Positions 13,659-25,700 of a stretch of 28,784 nucleotides of DNA are shown here, piece by piece. Source of the stretch: Bugula neritina (lineage: Eukaryota > Animalia > Bryozoa). The notes below the pieces were generated by a model. That model had not been told where the DNA came from, did no database searches, and was given only the letters and a program-made list of their open reading frames with translations. The translations under genes and the position numbers were made by a program. Every line of letters starts with the position of its first letter. The stretch's first letter is position 1. The stretch lies in assembly GCA_964035545.1 (NCBI GenBank), contig CAXIUT010000138.1:47376-76159 (forward strand), given 5' to 3'.

Positions 13659-15026
13659 TCAATGTTCTATTGAAGATTCAATTATACTTTTTTGAGTAGT
13701 TTCCTTTACTTTTACTTTAATTCTTTTACTCAACTTATCTGTCCAAGTTATCTGTTTCTATTTCCAAGATTTATGATGCTCTTCTCTGACATGTAATTCA
13801 AGCAATTCTAGTTTACGAAGACGACGATTAATCCTTTATGCCAAATCTTCAAAACATTCATAATTGTTAAATTAATGCCTTCATAAATATAAATATACCA
13901 AGCCTTTATAATCAACGAAGAAAGACCAGTAAATTTACAAAGCTATATTGTAAATTATTCCTATAATAATATTTTATTTACCATTTATCCTGAATAAAAA
14001 GCAAAAAACCCTTGATTAAGTAAAAATTACTTTGACTTGATTAATAATCTTTTACCAACTATCATATTATGATACTTACTCTATATTTATAAAAAAGCAA
14101 TACAGCAGCTACCTAAATAAACAATTACCCTATATTTATACATAAATACATCTAAATTCAACCTGATATACGCTATTTAAATGACATTTTACAGCTATTG
14201 TTAATTCGATAGTTACTCTAACTTTATCAATCAATTTACGCCTTTATTTATATATTTTTACACTAAATGATTGAATATTTACTGTGTTGATGATAGTCAA
14301 ATGCGATATTCTTCTTTTTTCTTCATTTATAACCTGATTTAATTTAGAACTAATATCATGATAACCATATTGCCTAATCTATAAACTTTTTACCTCAGCC
14401 TCTTCAGCTAAACGCTCAAAAAGCTTCCTCTACAAAGGCTATATATGAATATCTATCTTTTCAAGCTATTTTTTATATTATGAAAGAGGATCATCTCTAA
14501 GTGCCTCTAATCGATATTTATTAGTCTGACTAAGTTTTTCTTATAAATTGATGATTTATTTTCCTTGAATATTAGGTAAATTATTTTTATTTTTGTAAAT
14601 ATTTTCAATAACGTTGAGATCAGATTCATTCAAACCACTAGAATAGGCATCTTATATGAATTTTTACCTTCTTTTTAAAACTGATTAAAAGAGCTTATTT
14701 TGTATTGATTCAAATTTAAGGATATATTTCCTTATTTACTATGATCTATTTTGAAGCAAAGTTGTTATCGATCTCAATTTAGATCTAGTTTCACATGAAG
14801 AATGTTTAAGAAATGACTAACATTACTTATCATTACAAAATAATGCATTTCCATTGCAACTTGAACTAGAACATAAATTAACAATTTAGTGTTTTGAAGG
14901 GCATTTCAAAACAGGATGAATTATTTTGAATTTTTATTCGATTTATTGCTTCTGCTAGATTTCATATATTTTTGATTTTTATTGTTTGACTGGTTTGTTG
15001 CTATCTTTGGCTGTACAAGTTCCCAT
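13659..15026 (-). CDS. Hypothetical protein with MGTC N-terminus, Cys/His Zn-finger-like segment and LRR-like C-terminus; up to ~10 tiny introns
   Basis: ATG15026, CPSKH...CSSSSC...FCNDKEC...HSSC. Predicted introns: 14263-14282, 14218-14239, 14130-14149, 14081-14103, 14059-14079, 14036-14055, 14011-14030, 13990-14009, 13961-13981, 13879-13898. Splicing gives one frame to TGA 13659-13661. Confidence 0.7.
13961..14103 (-). other. Array of six tiny GT-AG introns (23, 21, 20, 20, 20, 21 nt) separated by 1-, 3-, 5-, 1- and 8-nt microexons
   Basis: Every unit begins GT and ends AG with the window-typical length. The spacers A, TTG, TCAAA, G and GATAAATG join in frame to IVKGEM. Confidence 0.7.
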
Positions 15027-15108
15027 ATAAATAACTATAATATTGATATATAAATTATGAACTATATATCATTTAATTTAATGATAGTTACGATTAGAAT
15101 ATATTTAA

Positions 15109-17329
15109 ATGTATAAAAGAACTAATAAAAATGCTACTGAAGGCTCTTCTTAGTCTAGATATCAGAAAGTCTTCATCAATAACTAAACTAAAAGTCCATC
15201 AGGACTTAACTTTAAAAATCAAAAAAAACTTAAGAAAGAGTTATTTCGAAAGAAAAAGGATTCCACTAACCTCAAGGTCTTAGTCATAATTTGACCCAAG
15301 AACAGCTAATGTAAGAAAATAAAGTAAACCAAACATCTAGATTGAATATTAAGAGATAATATAATAGATAAGAAAAACCTATCCAAGTATCTCGATCAAA
15401 ATCAAAATAGAAAAAAGATAGATTGATGCTTAATTTAGCAAAAATGAATAAGAAGAACAACTAGAAATCAAAAATAAAAGGTAAAAATAATAATAACATA
15501 GATAAATCATCGTCGAAAATGGAATCTATATATTTAGATAGATAAAAATCAGCTCCAGAAGAATCAAATGCTTCCTAAAAATAATCAAATCTTTCAAACT
15601 AAATCTAAATGTCTTCTAATTAATCAAAAAATAAAATAACACTCAATATTTACAAAGAGGTTATCAATAAACTATGTTTTCACAAGATCTGTAAAATGTT
15701 ATGTCTTAAGTAGTTATTTAAAACAAAAAATAATAACCTTATTTTCATAAAGCTTAACCTAGTATTAAAAAAATAAATCATTAGAATCGAGTATCCATTT
15801 AAGTCAAAGAAGCAAGTAATATTAGTCCTATTGTTAACAGAACAGCTCATTAAAATAGAATTTATTAAGCTAATAAAGTTTAGGATACAAGTTCAAAGAT
15901 TTTAGCTTCTTCAAAACATGTTAGTTCAGTCCATATAGGATAAAAGTCAAGTCTTGATTTGATGAAGGGTCATAATAAAGTTGTTATTGAGGATTTATCC
16001 AATAGAATGCAAAGATAAAAGGCATAATTCGAAGCAACTATCAGTAGAATATAGAGATAGAAAAAAGACCTTCAATCAACTAACAAACAACTGATATAAA
16101 GTCAATTTTCAATGAAGAATGAAATATAGATGTTGAAAATTAAAAATCTTCAACTGGGCAAAGATTCATAAAATATAAAATTATTTACTACATAACAAGG
16201 TCATGAACAGTAAAAGACTTTGAATGGAATGTCCAAAATATTAAAATAAACTGAAAATCAACTAAATAAAACTAAAAATTAACTCAGAGCTTGTTAAGAT
16301 TAAAACAATAGTCTACTTATGGCTGTTCATTAGTTATAAAGTAGATGTAAGTAGTCAGAAAGTCAAATTACTTCTCTTAATAATTCAAAAAAAATGTTTT
16401 CAAGCTAGCTACAAAATCAGGCTAAATATTATTAATCTCAAATAGCTGAGTTTAAAAATAGAAATTAGTATAAATTAGCATAAGTTGGAGCTAAAAGAAC
16501 TTAAATTGAAGGATAAAAAGAACATCTAAATAGTATCATTATCAACAAATAAAAATAGATAAATGGTCTTAAGAAGGAGATTCATCTGAGAGACCAGCAT
16601 ATAAATCAACTTAAAAATGAGAATCAATCAGCAGATAAAGAACAACTTGAATGTTAAATGAGATTAAAATAGAGATAGAATATTTCATTGATAAATTAAT
16701 TAAATTTTATTCAATAAAAGATAAAAAATCTATCAGAATAGTTAAGTTAAAATACTAAAAAATATGAATTATAAATAAAAAGAAAAGATAGACAAATATA
16801 ATAATTAAATCATTAACTTCAAGAAATAAATATCAAAAATAGAAATAAAGGATTAAATTAAAAAGCTTTCTAGTAGATGTATAATGTAGAGTAAAGTCAT
16901 AATTCATAATCTGAGACCTTTTATAAATTACAACATAATCAAAATCAATAAATAAACATGCTAAAATCTCAACTATCTTCTAAACAAAAATAAATTCATG
17001 ATATTCATATCAATTATGAAGAATTAAAAGATTAACTCAGAAAATTACAACAATAAAATCAGATGTCGAATCGATCAGTAACAACCAATATAAATAACCT
17101 TAAACAGGCTAAATAGACGACTTAAATGGTTCTAAAAGCTGAAATAGAATCATTAAAAAGAAAGCTAAATGCAATCGAAGTTAAAGTAAAGATGAAAGAT
17201 CAATAAATAAAGAGCAAAAATAAATTTATATAACAAAATTTGTTATCAAAAGTTAGTTAAAAATAAGATACTAATGCTTTATTAAAAAAATTAGAATAAA
17301 TTAATAATTATAAAGATTCTAATATGTGA
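15109..17329 (+). CDS. Long coiled-coil protein; two apparent 1-nt deletions in A runs (15221-15228, 15626-15631)
   Basis: E/K/Q/L-rich heptad-like C-terminal two-thirds, open to TGA 17327-17329. The N-terminal part joins only if one A is added in each run. Confidence 0.7.
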
Positions 17330-17443
17330 TTATGTATCAATCTATTCTATCAATTAATATCTAAGTATAAAATATTTAACACTCTTTTTTAAAATATTTT
17401 CGATATTTTTAATAATAAGTATTAGAATTATAATTGATATTTA

Positions 17444-20400
17444 TCATAAAGAAACCATCTAAATTTTATCTAAAATTTAATTTTTCTCATAAATTTCGTT
17501 GTTTTGACATTCAAAAGGAAATTTTTAGGCAATAACTTGAAACTTTTAATAACTGCTTGAGACTATTTATAAAATTTATTTAGCTGATAAAGCATAATAG
17601 TTATAAGAATCGGAAAGACAATTATAGAGTTCATGAGAAATCCATATGTTTATTCAGTTTGGTTATCAACATAGTTAGTAAAATAATTGTCAAAATTTTG
17701 TTTAAGATGTTTGAATATGTTATTCAAGGTACGTCTAATATAGCATACTTCCATGTAAACAGGATAATGACTTCCTAATCTACTTGTGTTTCCTAGATCA
17801 CTTATTTTAGTTCCCTTATAATGATCAATAAGCTATAAGTAGAGGATAAAAGTTTAAGTTAAGGTCCTGTCCATGATTCCATCCAAAATAAGAGAACAGT
17901 TTATATTTCTGTAGAGAGAACCTTCATTAAGATAAGCAAAAGTGCAAAGATTTGTCTTGAATAATTATGACTATAACTTCTCATAATCTTTAAAATATTC
18001 AGGAAGTTAATAGTCAGATGTTAATGAGTAAATATTTAACTAAGCTGATTAAGTATAGTTTTTTCTCTAGTTTATGGGAAGAATTTCCTCCATTGCTGCC
18101 TGAAAAAACTTTTAAGCAGGTCTAATTATTTAAACTACTGATTGTTGCAAGCGGGTATTTTTATGATAGACCAGTTAATAGTTTGAATAATATGAATCAA
18201 AAGATATTTTCAACCATAGAAAATATATAATTACTACCATATTTAGCAGTATTAGATAATTAGAACTAAAAATTAAGTCAACTAAAGTCTATTTTTTTTA
18301 TTGTAGGTGTATCACTATTCATTTTTTCATTTATTTTTAGTTAAGTTTCAGAGTTTACACTTCCTTCATCTTCAAAAAAATCCTATCTTTTCTTTTCATA
18401 ACCTGAATTTTGAATAACTGCCTTCAGTTATTTGTATTTTCCAGTGAGCTCTTGTATAGAATCTTAGGGAAGCTTGTCATAAATCGATAAGATATCGCTT
18501 GAGACCCATCTTAGTTTAAGAGAAAGATATTTAATAACTAAAGAAAGGATCAATGAAAGTGATAAAAGAGTAAGAGCTACAATTTGTATCATATTTATGC
18601 GATCCAGAAGAGATCGAAGGTTAAGTTCTTTATATGCTCCTACAATGGTATCAATGTTGTGTTCATTTCTGACTGAAAAGATGGGGTTATTGCTGTTAAG
18701 AGATTACTTTATATCTGTTAAAAAATCGATTATTGAAATAACACTAGTGTTTTTGGTTTAATTATAGTTGGTAAACTGTAGTGTATATTGTCTATCTTCA
18801 TGAATAATACCAGGCTACCTAGAACTCACTAGCTTAACGATATTTTTTATTAGATTTTGCATAATATTCTTCAGTAATACTAGGAACATCATAGTTTTGG
18901 ATAACTAAAATTTGTTCAGGATAGTTTTTAATTTGATAGTACTGATAATACTGATAATTTAGAAAGTATATAGTTTGTATTTAAGTGAATTTTTTTTGAA
19001 TTGTTGATACTTATTATTTTTGTTGCGAATTCATTAAGTCTATTTCAATACTAACAAAAAATAAAATAGAGATAATGACCACTATGATGAAGAACATGAA
19101 GAGGATCATTATTTTAAGGTATGACCATCGACAACTTAAAGTTATTTTTGACATTTTTTCATCTATAAGGTCTTCATATGAGTTTGGTATTCTGCAGAAA
19201 GTTGCTTCATTGCTTTAAATATTCTTTTTTTTATTTCTTTACACTATTGAAAGACTATCTTTTTCCTTTAAGTCAACAAAATTTTTCAATGAAATAAAAT
19301 CATTGATTTTTTCTTGGTTGATGAAATCATTGCTTTACATTGAGATGAGAGCGAGATGTGAGTGAGAAGATTTATATATTTCTTTTACTTTGAGTTCAAC
19401 TTGTAGTGATAAGTGACTTTTTTTTTTCCTTTTTCAATGAACATATGATAGGTTCATTTATTTTCTTTTCTTTGGTAATAAAGTAGTTAAGATCAATACC
19501 GAATAGTTAACAAGCTGGCATTAATTTGTTGATTTTTCTTTGATAGAACTTAACATATGAATCGAAAAGAGAACAAGTATAAAGGATTCTATCTAATTCG
19601 ACATCATAAAGAAAAAAAGGAATCTATTGTAAGTCTTAACTTTGCTAAAATTGAATAATTTGCTAGAGCCCTGAATTACTATCAAACTTCATTTCAAGTT
19701 GAACTCTGAAAATATAGAGGGATAGTTTTGTAGAAAGAAAAGGAAGAAGAAGCTTTTAAGATTGAGAAATATTCTCAAAAATATTAGTGAAGGAATTTTA
19801 AACATATTTGGCTAGTTAATTCGGAAGAATGGATTTAAGAGTCTAGTTAATGATTTATTATTTCTTTTTATGGAGCTATATTGTCAAATGATTTGAAATG
19901 TTCATTATTTTATGATTAACTAAAATAATAAAGTAGCTTCCTGTAAAGCTGTTACCTTCTTTTTCAGAATATCTTTGACTTTAAACAGCTTTAGATTCGA
20001 AACTAAAGTTAAAAAGTTTCATAGAATAATTATAAAGCTTTATTTGAGCCTTACTATTATGATATAAACTAAGTCCTTCAATAATTTATTCTATTTCCTT
20101 TTATCTTTCTTCAACCTCATTTAAAATTTCATAACAACTACTTTCAGTCAGTTTTTTCTCAAGTACTTCTTACCAAAAAGAGAGAAGTGCATTAATATTT
20201 TTTTAAACACTTTTATTAGCCCATTCAATGGCATTACAAACATTAATAACATTTTAAAAATAATTTTTTTCTGACTCTTTTGTAAAAGTTTTCTCGATTT
20301 AATGTTGAATCTACATAAGTTATATTTGAAGTGAAAAATCATAACTTCCTTTGATTTAATGTGAAAATTATTCAATCTAATTTATTACTTTTCTAGTTAT

Positions 20401-20672
20401 CTTCTCGTGTTTAATTTGATAAAAATATAACTGTATCTTAAACTGATAGTTATAACTACTTTATTAGATATGATGTAAAAGTTTTTTCTTCGCAAACTTT
20501 GATAGTTGCTAATACTTAAGACACTTTTTCATACTCCATTATTTTAATTCTTCAGGAGATTGAGTTAACTTTTATTTAATTTCTTCGATTATTCGATAGA
20601 CTGAGATTTCTTCTTTCCTTTTAATATATGCTTCTTTTTTTAGTTTTTATAATGTATTTAATAAGAGTTCAT
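17444..20672 (-). CDS. Large multipass membrane protein with PAS-like segment (ciliate PAS/TmcB-like family); several homopolymer frame slips; literal frame ends at 17350
   Basis: SFWEEVL, PAS-like EEIINETLKSILPNELAKY, four TM segments, NLC...C.LILDGI and terminal FKLLP. Frame slips lie at T runs near 20635-41, 19418-27, 18843-48 and 18292-99. Confidence 0.65.
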
Positions 20673-20716
20673 TTGATAATATTTTGTTTTAAGTTATTGG
20701 CTTTGGAATAATACTT

Positions 20717-21418
20717 ATGACATAGCCAGCCAAAGAAACGTTAAGAATCACAAAAAACAGAGTCGTAATCGAAGGAGCCAAAAGATCTAAAGAAAATATC
20801 ATGACTAATAAACTTTTCAACACCTTTGTTAAAACACAATTTGCGGCAAATAATCCACTTGAAGAAAAAGACAGTATCACTGATCCAAGTCCTATTATCT
20901 TTAACACTATGATATTATAGCTTGGTCCTAGACAACAAATCAAAACTAGAAGAGAGAATCTACCAAGAAGCATGTTAGAAGAGTAGAAAGTGATTGTACT
21001 TCCTACTAACAAAAACATGATTAGACTCATCACTATTATCCCTATACTAAAAGAATATTCATTTTGGATTATTACTTCGTATGTGTACCTGATGTTAAGA
21101 ATCAGACAGGGGATAGCGATAAACTAAAAAGCTATATAAACATTTGTTAATAGCTTTTTCAATATTTTTGGGTCGAACACTGATTTATTAAATCCTTTAG
21201 TTTCCACTGAGTTATACTTTTCCGAGATGAACCAGATGATGAAAATGATGAAAGGAGCGAGACAGAGTATGTTCACAAGGATGATCAAAGGAAGTGAGAG
21301 AAGAGCCTTTACAACAGTCTAAATAAGAAAAAGAAGTACTTAGGATGAGCTACAAAGAGTGACGTTAAATGAGGACGAAATGATGTTGAGTTTGAAAAGA
21401 TAAATAAAGAAGAATTGA
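20717..21418 (+). CDS. Hypothetical protein (233 aa; possible in-frame 21-nt intron 21079-21099)
   Basis: ATG20717 to TGA 21416-21418 with no internal TGA. Head-to-head with the preceding gene. Confidence 0.65.
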
Positions 21419-21617
21419 AGGATAATGTTAACCTATCTGATATAATGGAGCTGTTTTTGCTAATATCCAGTTCTTACGAAGAATTAAATGACTCTAGATT
21501 TTAAACTTTTGTAATGATGCTTCATTTGATTTAAATAATAGAAGTAAATTTTTTAAAAACTGAAAAATCAACTTCCAAATTATAAAAGTTTAATCATAAA
21601 TTGAACAAACAATCAGA

Positions 21618-22506
21618 TCAATCAGCCATTTAATCAGATGAATTAACTCCAGAAGAAGAACTTTATTCTTATTTTTTTTATCTTTTAACCTCATTCCTTC
21701 TAGACTATTTTTTATGATATTTGTTATCTCTATTAATCCATTTTGTTTTCATAATTTCTCGATGGGCGGTCTTTTTGACCTATCGACCCATCTTCTATTT
21801 ATTTATCTTCCATTGATAGTATTGACTTTGATGTCCATGTAGTTCTTTTTTCTTTACATCGTTGGTAGTTGCCAATCTGCAAACAAGTTTCCTCTTGACT
21901 CCTTCAACTTCATAGTCAGGAAGCTCATACCATACTAAATATCAACTAAATTACTATCACTTTAGTCATGCATGCCTTATCCTTTAGTAAGAGGTCGAAC
22001 AGCTTATTCAGCCTCTTCTTTTGAATTGAAAATCAAATTACAAGATGAATCATTAATCCATTGAATTTTGAAATGAGGATTAATATGAAAATAATTTCTA
22101 ATTAGTTAGTTACTCATATAGTCAACTCCAAAAAGATACCATGTATTTGTTCTTATTTAACAGTTCTATGCCATCAAATCAGGATTAACTCTTTCTTCAA
22201 AAAATTCTATATCATCTAATATGTACTATCTTGTCCTTGTACTTTCAACTCAGGATAAAATTGTTCAATCCTTTCTTTTATCTTCATTTTTCTTTCCTGA
22301 ATATCTTCAATCTAATCTAACAAAATATTTGATAAATATCCGATATTTCCTGTTTCTCTTGCCTTTCGAATTTTATACAACTTGAACTCGCTCAAGGTTA
22401 GAGGAGTAAATTCTGATCCAAACTTCTAGGATCTAAGTTTAAGTTGGTCATTAACCACTTCTAACTCTCCTTCTTATTGAGTTATTTCAGCTATAGCTAA
22501 CTCCAT
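21618..22506 (-). CDS. NCBP3: Nuclear cap-binding protein subunit 3-like; introns 22207-22226 and 21935-21954
   Basis: WYLFGVDYMS...NYF...IQWINDSSCNLIF...AEEAV, then RLATTNDVK...SQYY, match the NCBP3 RRM-like domain. Two 20-nt GT-AG introns restore the frame. Confidence 0.8.
21935..21954 (-). other. 20-nt intron GTAATTTAGTTGATATTTAG
   Basis: Removal gives SDIWYELPDY and the frame carrying the conserved R.AT..D.K motif. Confidence 0.8.
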
Positions 22507-22643
22507 TTATTATTTATCAAAATTTGAATTAATTAATATTTCAAAAAGCTACTATTATCAAAATTAATTTCATATGAACTGATAAATATTGATTATTGAT
22601 AATATGAAATAATAACATTGATTTTATTAAATATATTTTATCA

Positions 22644-22712
22644 GGGGTTGGGGTTGGGGTTGGGGTTGGGGTTGGGGTTGGGGTTGGGGTTGGGGTTGGG
22701 GTTGGGGTTGGG
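22644..22712. repeat. Internal (GGGGTT)n tract: right telomere of the 1-22712 chromosome
   Basis: 69 bp of perfect repeat after an AT-rich subtelomere. Its polarity closes the left molecule. Confidence 0.95.
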
Positions 22713-25700
22713 AGGAAGTTTTTAGTTCTCAGATCTTTGTATACTACGACGAATACTAGGTAGTTAATGATGACTCTTTTATCTCTTTTTTCCTCATTAC
22801 GTGATTCTTGATATTATACTTAAACAACTTTTTCAGAAGGAATCTATTGATAAACTCTTTCTTATTTATTTTATTGATTATTTATGATGACCTGTTCATC
22901 TTTCTTTTTATAAAATTTATTATCTTCTTCTTAAATAGGTTGTAACTTAATTATTTTTTTCTCTTATTTTATTTATTTTTATTACTTTACTTCAATTGGA
23001 TTTTAACTGGCCTATTTTGAGACAACTTTTACTTCAGATACTTTATTTTCCATCTTTGTTTACTAATATATCTAAATTATATCTTGATGACGTTATTCAT
23101 TATAGTTATTATTATCTTGTTCAGTAATAGGAATCATATTTTGTTATTTTTGATTTTATTATTTCGGAACAGATCCAAATACTTTTAAAATCTTTTAATT
23201 TTCAGGTTATTTTATTGTTTATTTTTATTCAGAGTTCTTTTCTTGGTGCTATAATATAGCTGTCTAAGGAAGAGAGGTCTATTCTATCTTTTTATCTTTT
23301 TAACTTTATTAAATCTCATTATTGTCCTTCTCTTTTTACATAATATCTTTATTTTAGTCAACTTCTTCTTTCTTATTTTCTGTTATTATGATTTATTATT
23401 CAACTTTGATATTGTCTTTAATTTATTCAACTATTTAACGATTATATTATTCTTGATTTTATGTATTAACAGTAGGTTATGGTATGGGAATTAGTTCAGA
23501 TTATGTTTTTTAAATAACAATTTGATTTTCTTACCTTTTCTAAACCTACTAAATCTTTTATTCTCTATTTTATCTTGTTTATTTGATTCTATAATTATCT
23601 ATTTCAACTTTATTTAATTTTGCCTATTACTCAGTGTTTGATTTTTATTCATTATCTTCAACCTTTGTATCTTGAATTGTTCTTTATTCTATTTTTGTTT
23701 ATTAAACTATTTATTCAACATCTTTTTCTCCAATTTTTTACACAACAGATATTTATTTATCATTTTTCTAAGATTAATGGCTTTTTTATGATTAATTTTC
23801 CTTTATATTTTCTTAAATATCGATATTTCTCGGATTATAATCAACTTATTTAAGAAATCCTTTTTCTATTTAAATTTATAACTAAATTGTATTTTAATAT
23901 TAAACAGGATTATTAATTTATTATCTTTTTTCAACAATTTCATTGGATATTTAGTCAGATTTTATGTCTAAATTCTATTGCTTTTATTCAACTACAACAT
24001 TTACTATTTCTTTGCTTTTAGAAATTTACTATTAATTATTGTTTTCAATCACATTTTCTATCTATTCTTTTTCATTCTATTTTTAGACAATTTACTCTTT
24101 TTATTCAACTGGAATTGTCTCTTAGAGCTTATCTTCAGAATATTATTTAACTATTTATTCTTTTTATTCTTCTTAAACTTTTTCATCAGCATTCTCTTAA
24201 ACATCTTTTTCTTCAACAATTTTTTCTTCAACATTTTTATCAATTACTATTCCTTATTCTTTTTAACAAGATTAATCGTTTTAATTTGATATTTACTGTT
24301 ATTAAATTTTGTTTTCAATAATTTAAACTGTCTATTATTCTTCTTTATCATCTTTTTACTCAACAATTAACTTCTATTCAGGTTTAATTTAAATTTCTAT
24401 TTTATTTAAAATCTATTAAATAATCTATTTCGATATTTATTCTTGTAGTTCATTCTTTTATTCAACTTTCTACTCTACAACTTACTTCTAAATTGTTTAT
24501 TAATTTTTATATTCAATATTTTCTGAAGGAATAACTACATTTTATTCTTCTAATTTTTCCTTAGTTTTATCAGCTTTATTTTATTCAAACTAAACTTTAG
24601 TCTCTATCTCTATCTAATTTTACTCTTTAACAGGTTTATTTTAAATTTATAGCTCTACTATTTCTTTATGATCATTTTATTATTTAACAGATTAAATTAC
24701 TTTTTAATGAATCACCTAATTTTCTCTTTTAATCTCTTCAATTTATTTATTTTTATCTGTTTCAAGAGGAACATTCTAGTTGATTTATTATATCTCATCT
24801 ACTTTCTATTCCAATTTATCTTTTCCTTATTCAATCAATATTTTATCTTAAATAATCTATTAAATCAATTGTTATTGAGTTGTTTACTGAGCTCTTTCAT
24901 TCTCTGTTTACTCTTTAACTGGAGCGACTTTACTATCATCTTTTTCTTTAGATATTAAATTATTATTTTATATTATCTATGATTTCTATTTTTACTATCT
25001 ATCTTCATCTTACTAACATGCATTTTTTTATACTTGTTAATTTTCTTACTTCTCTTATATTTATTATTTCGGCACTTATTTTATTTTTTATTCAACTATT
25101 TCAAGTTATTCCTTAATTTTTTATTCTTTTTTCATTTCTTTTAAATTTATTACATTTATTATTCCTTTATATTTGAGTCCTCAATTTATTTTATTTCTTA
25201 TTTTATCTATTGTTTGTCTAAATTATCTTATTTTTCTTATTTTTCTTATTTATTTTATTTTATATTTCTAAAATTTAAACTTATTCCTATTTTTGTTCCA
25301 ACTTAGTTTATTCTTCTATTTATTTCATTTATTCATTTTTACTTTAAAGATATTCCTTTGCACTTTCATCCTATTTCACTTACTCATTCACTTTTTCAAC
25401 TTATTTATCTATATAATCTTCTTTCACAATTTATTTATCTTATTTTTAAATTTATTGAACTTATCCATTAATATTTTCTCTTGATATATTTATTTCATTC
25501 TTTTTTAAATCTTATCTTTCTTAATTATCTGATTTATCTGATTTTTCTTATTCCTGAGCTTATTTTAATTATTTTTCTGTTTATTCAACTTCTCTTTTTT
25601 CATTTGTACTTTCCTTTTAAACTTATTTAATTTCATTTTAATCTATCTTTTAAACAAAATTCTTTTAGTTTACTAAATGTTCAATTTATTTTACCTGTAG

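Noticed and set aside
14113-14128. Additional 16-nt intron GTAATTGTTTATTTAG
   Set aside because: It is shorter than the supported size class, and its removal would break the otherwise consistent frame.
21001-21530. Alternative frame that reads protein-like if TGA=Trp
   Set aside because: The ATG20717 frame is open for 233 codons without TGA. Conserved Trp positions elsewhere (kinase DIW, hydrolase WH, NCBP3 WIND) all use TGG.
15221-25261. Repeated frame changes at A runs as programmed ribosomal frameshifting (Euplotes-like)
   Set aside because: The slips have both signs (missing A at 15221-28, 15626-31, 20635-41, 25139-42, 25258-61; extra A at 18292-99, 18843-48, 19418-27). They sit in homopolymers, and the telomeres also show C3/G5 variants, which is typical long-read error. 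Euplotes frameshifting depends on UAA/UAG being stops, which they are not here. Accurate reads would settle it.
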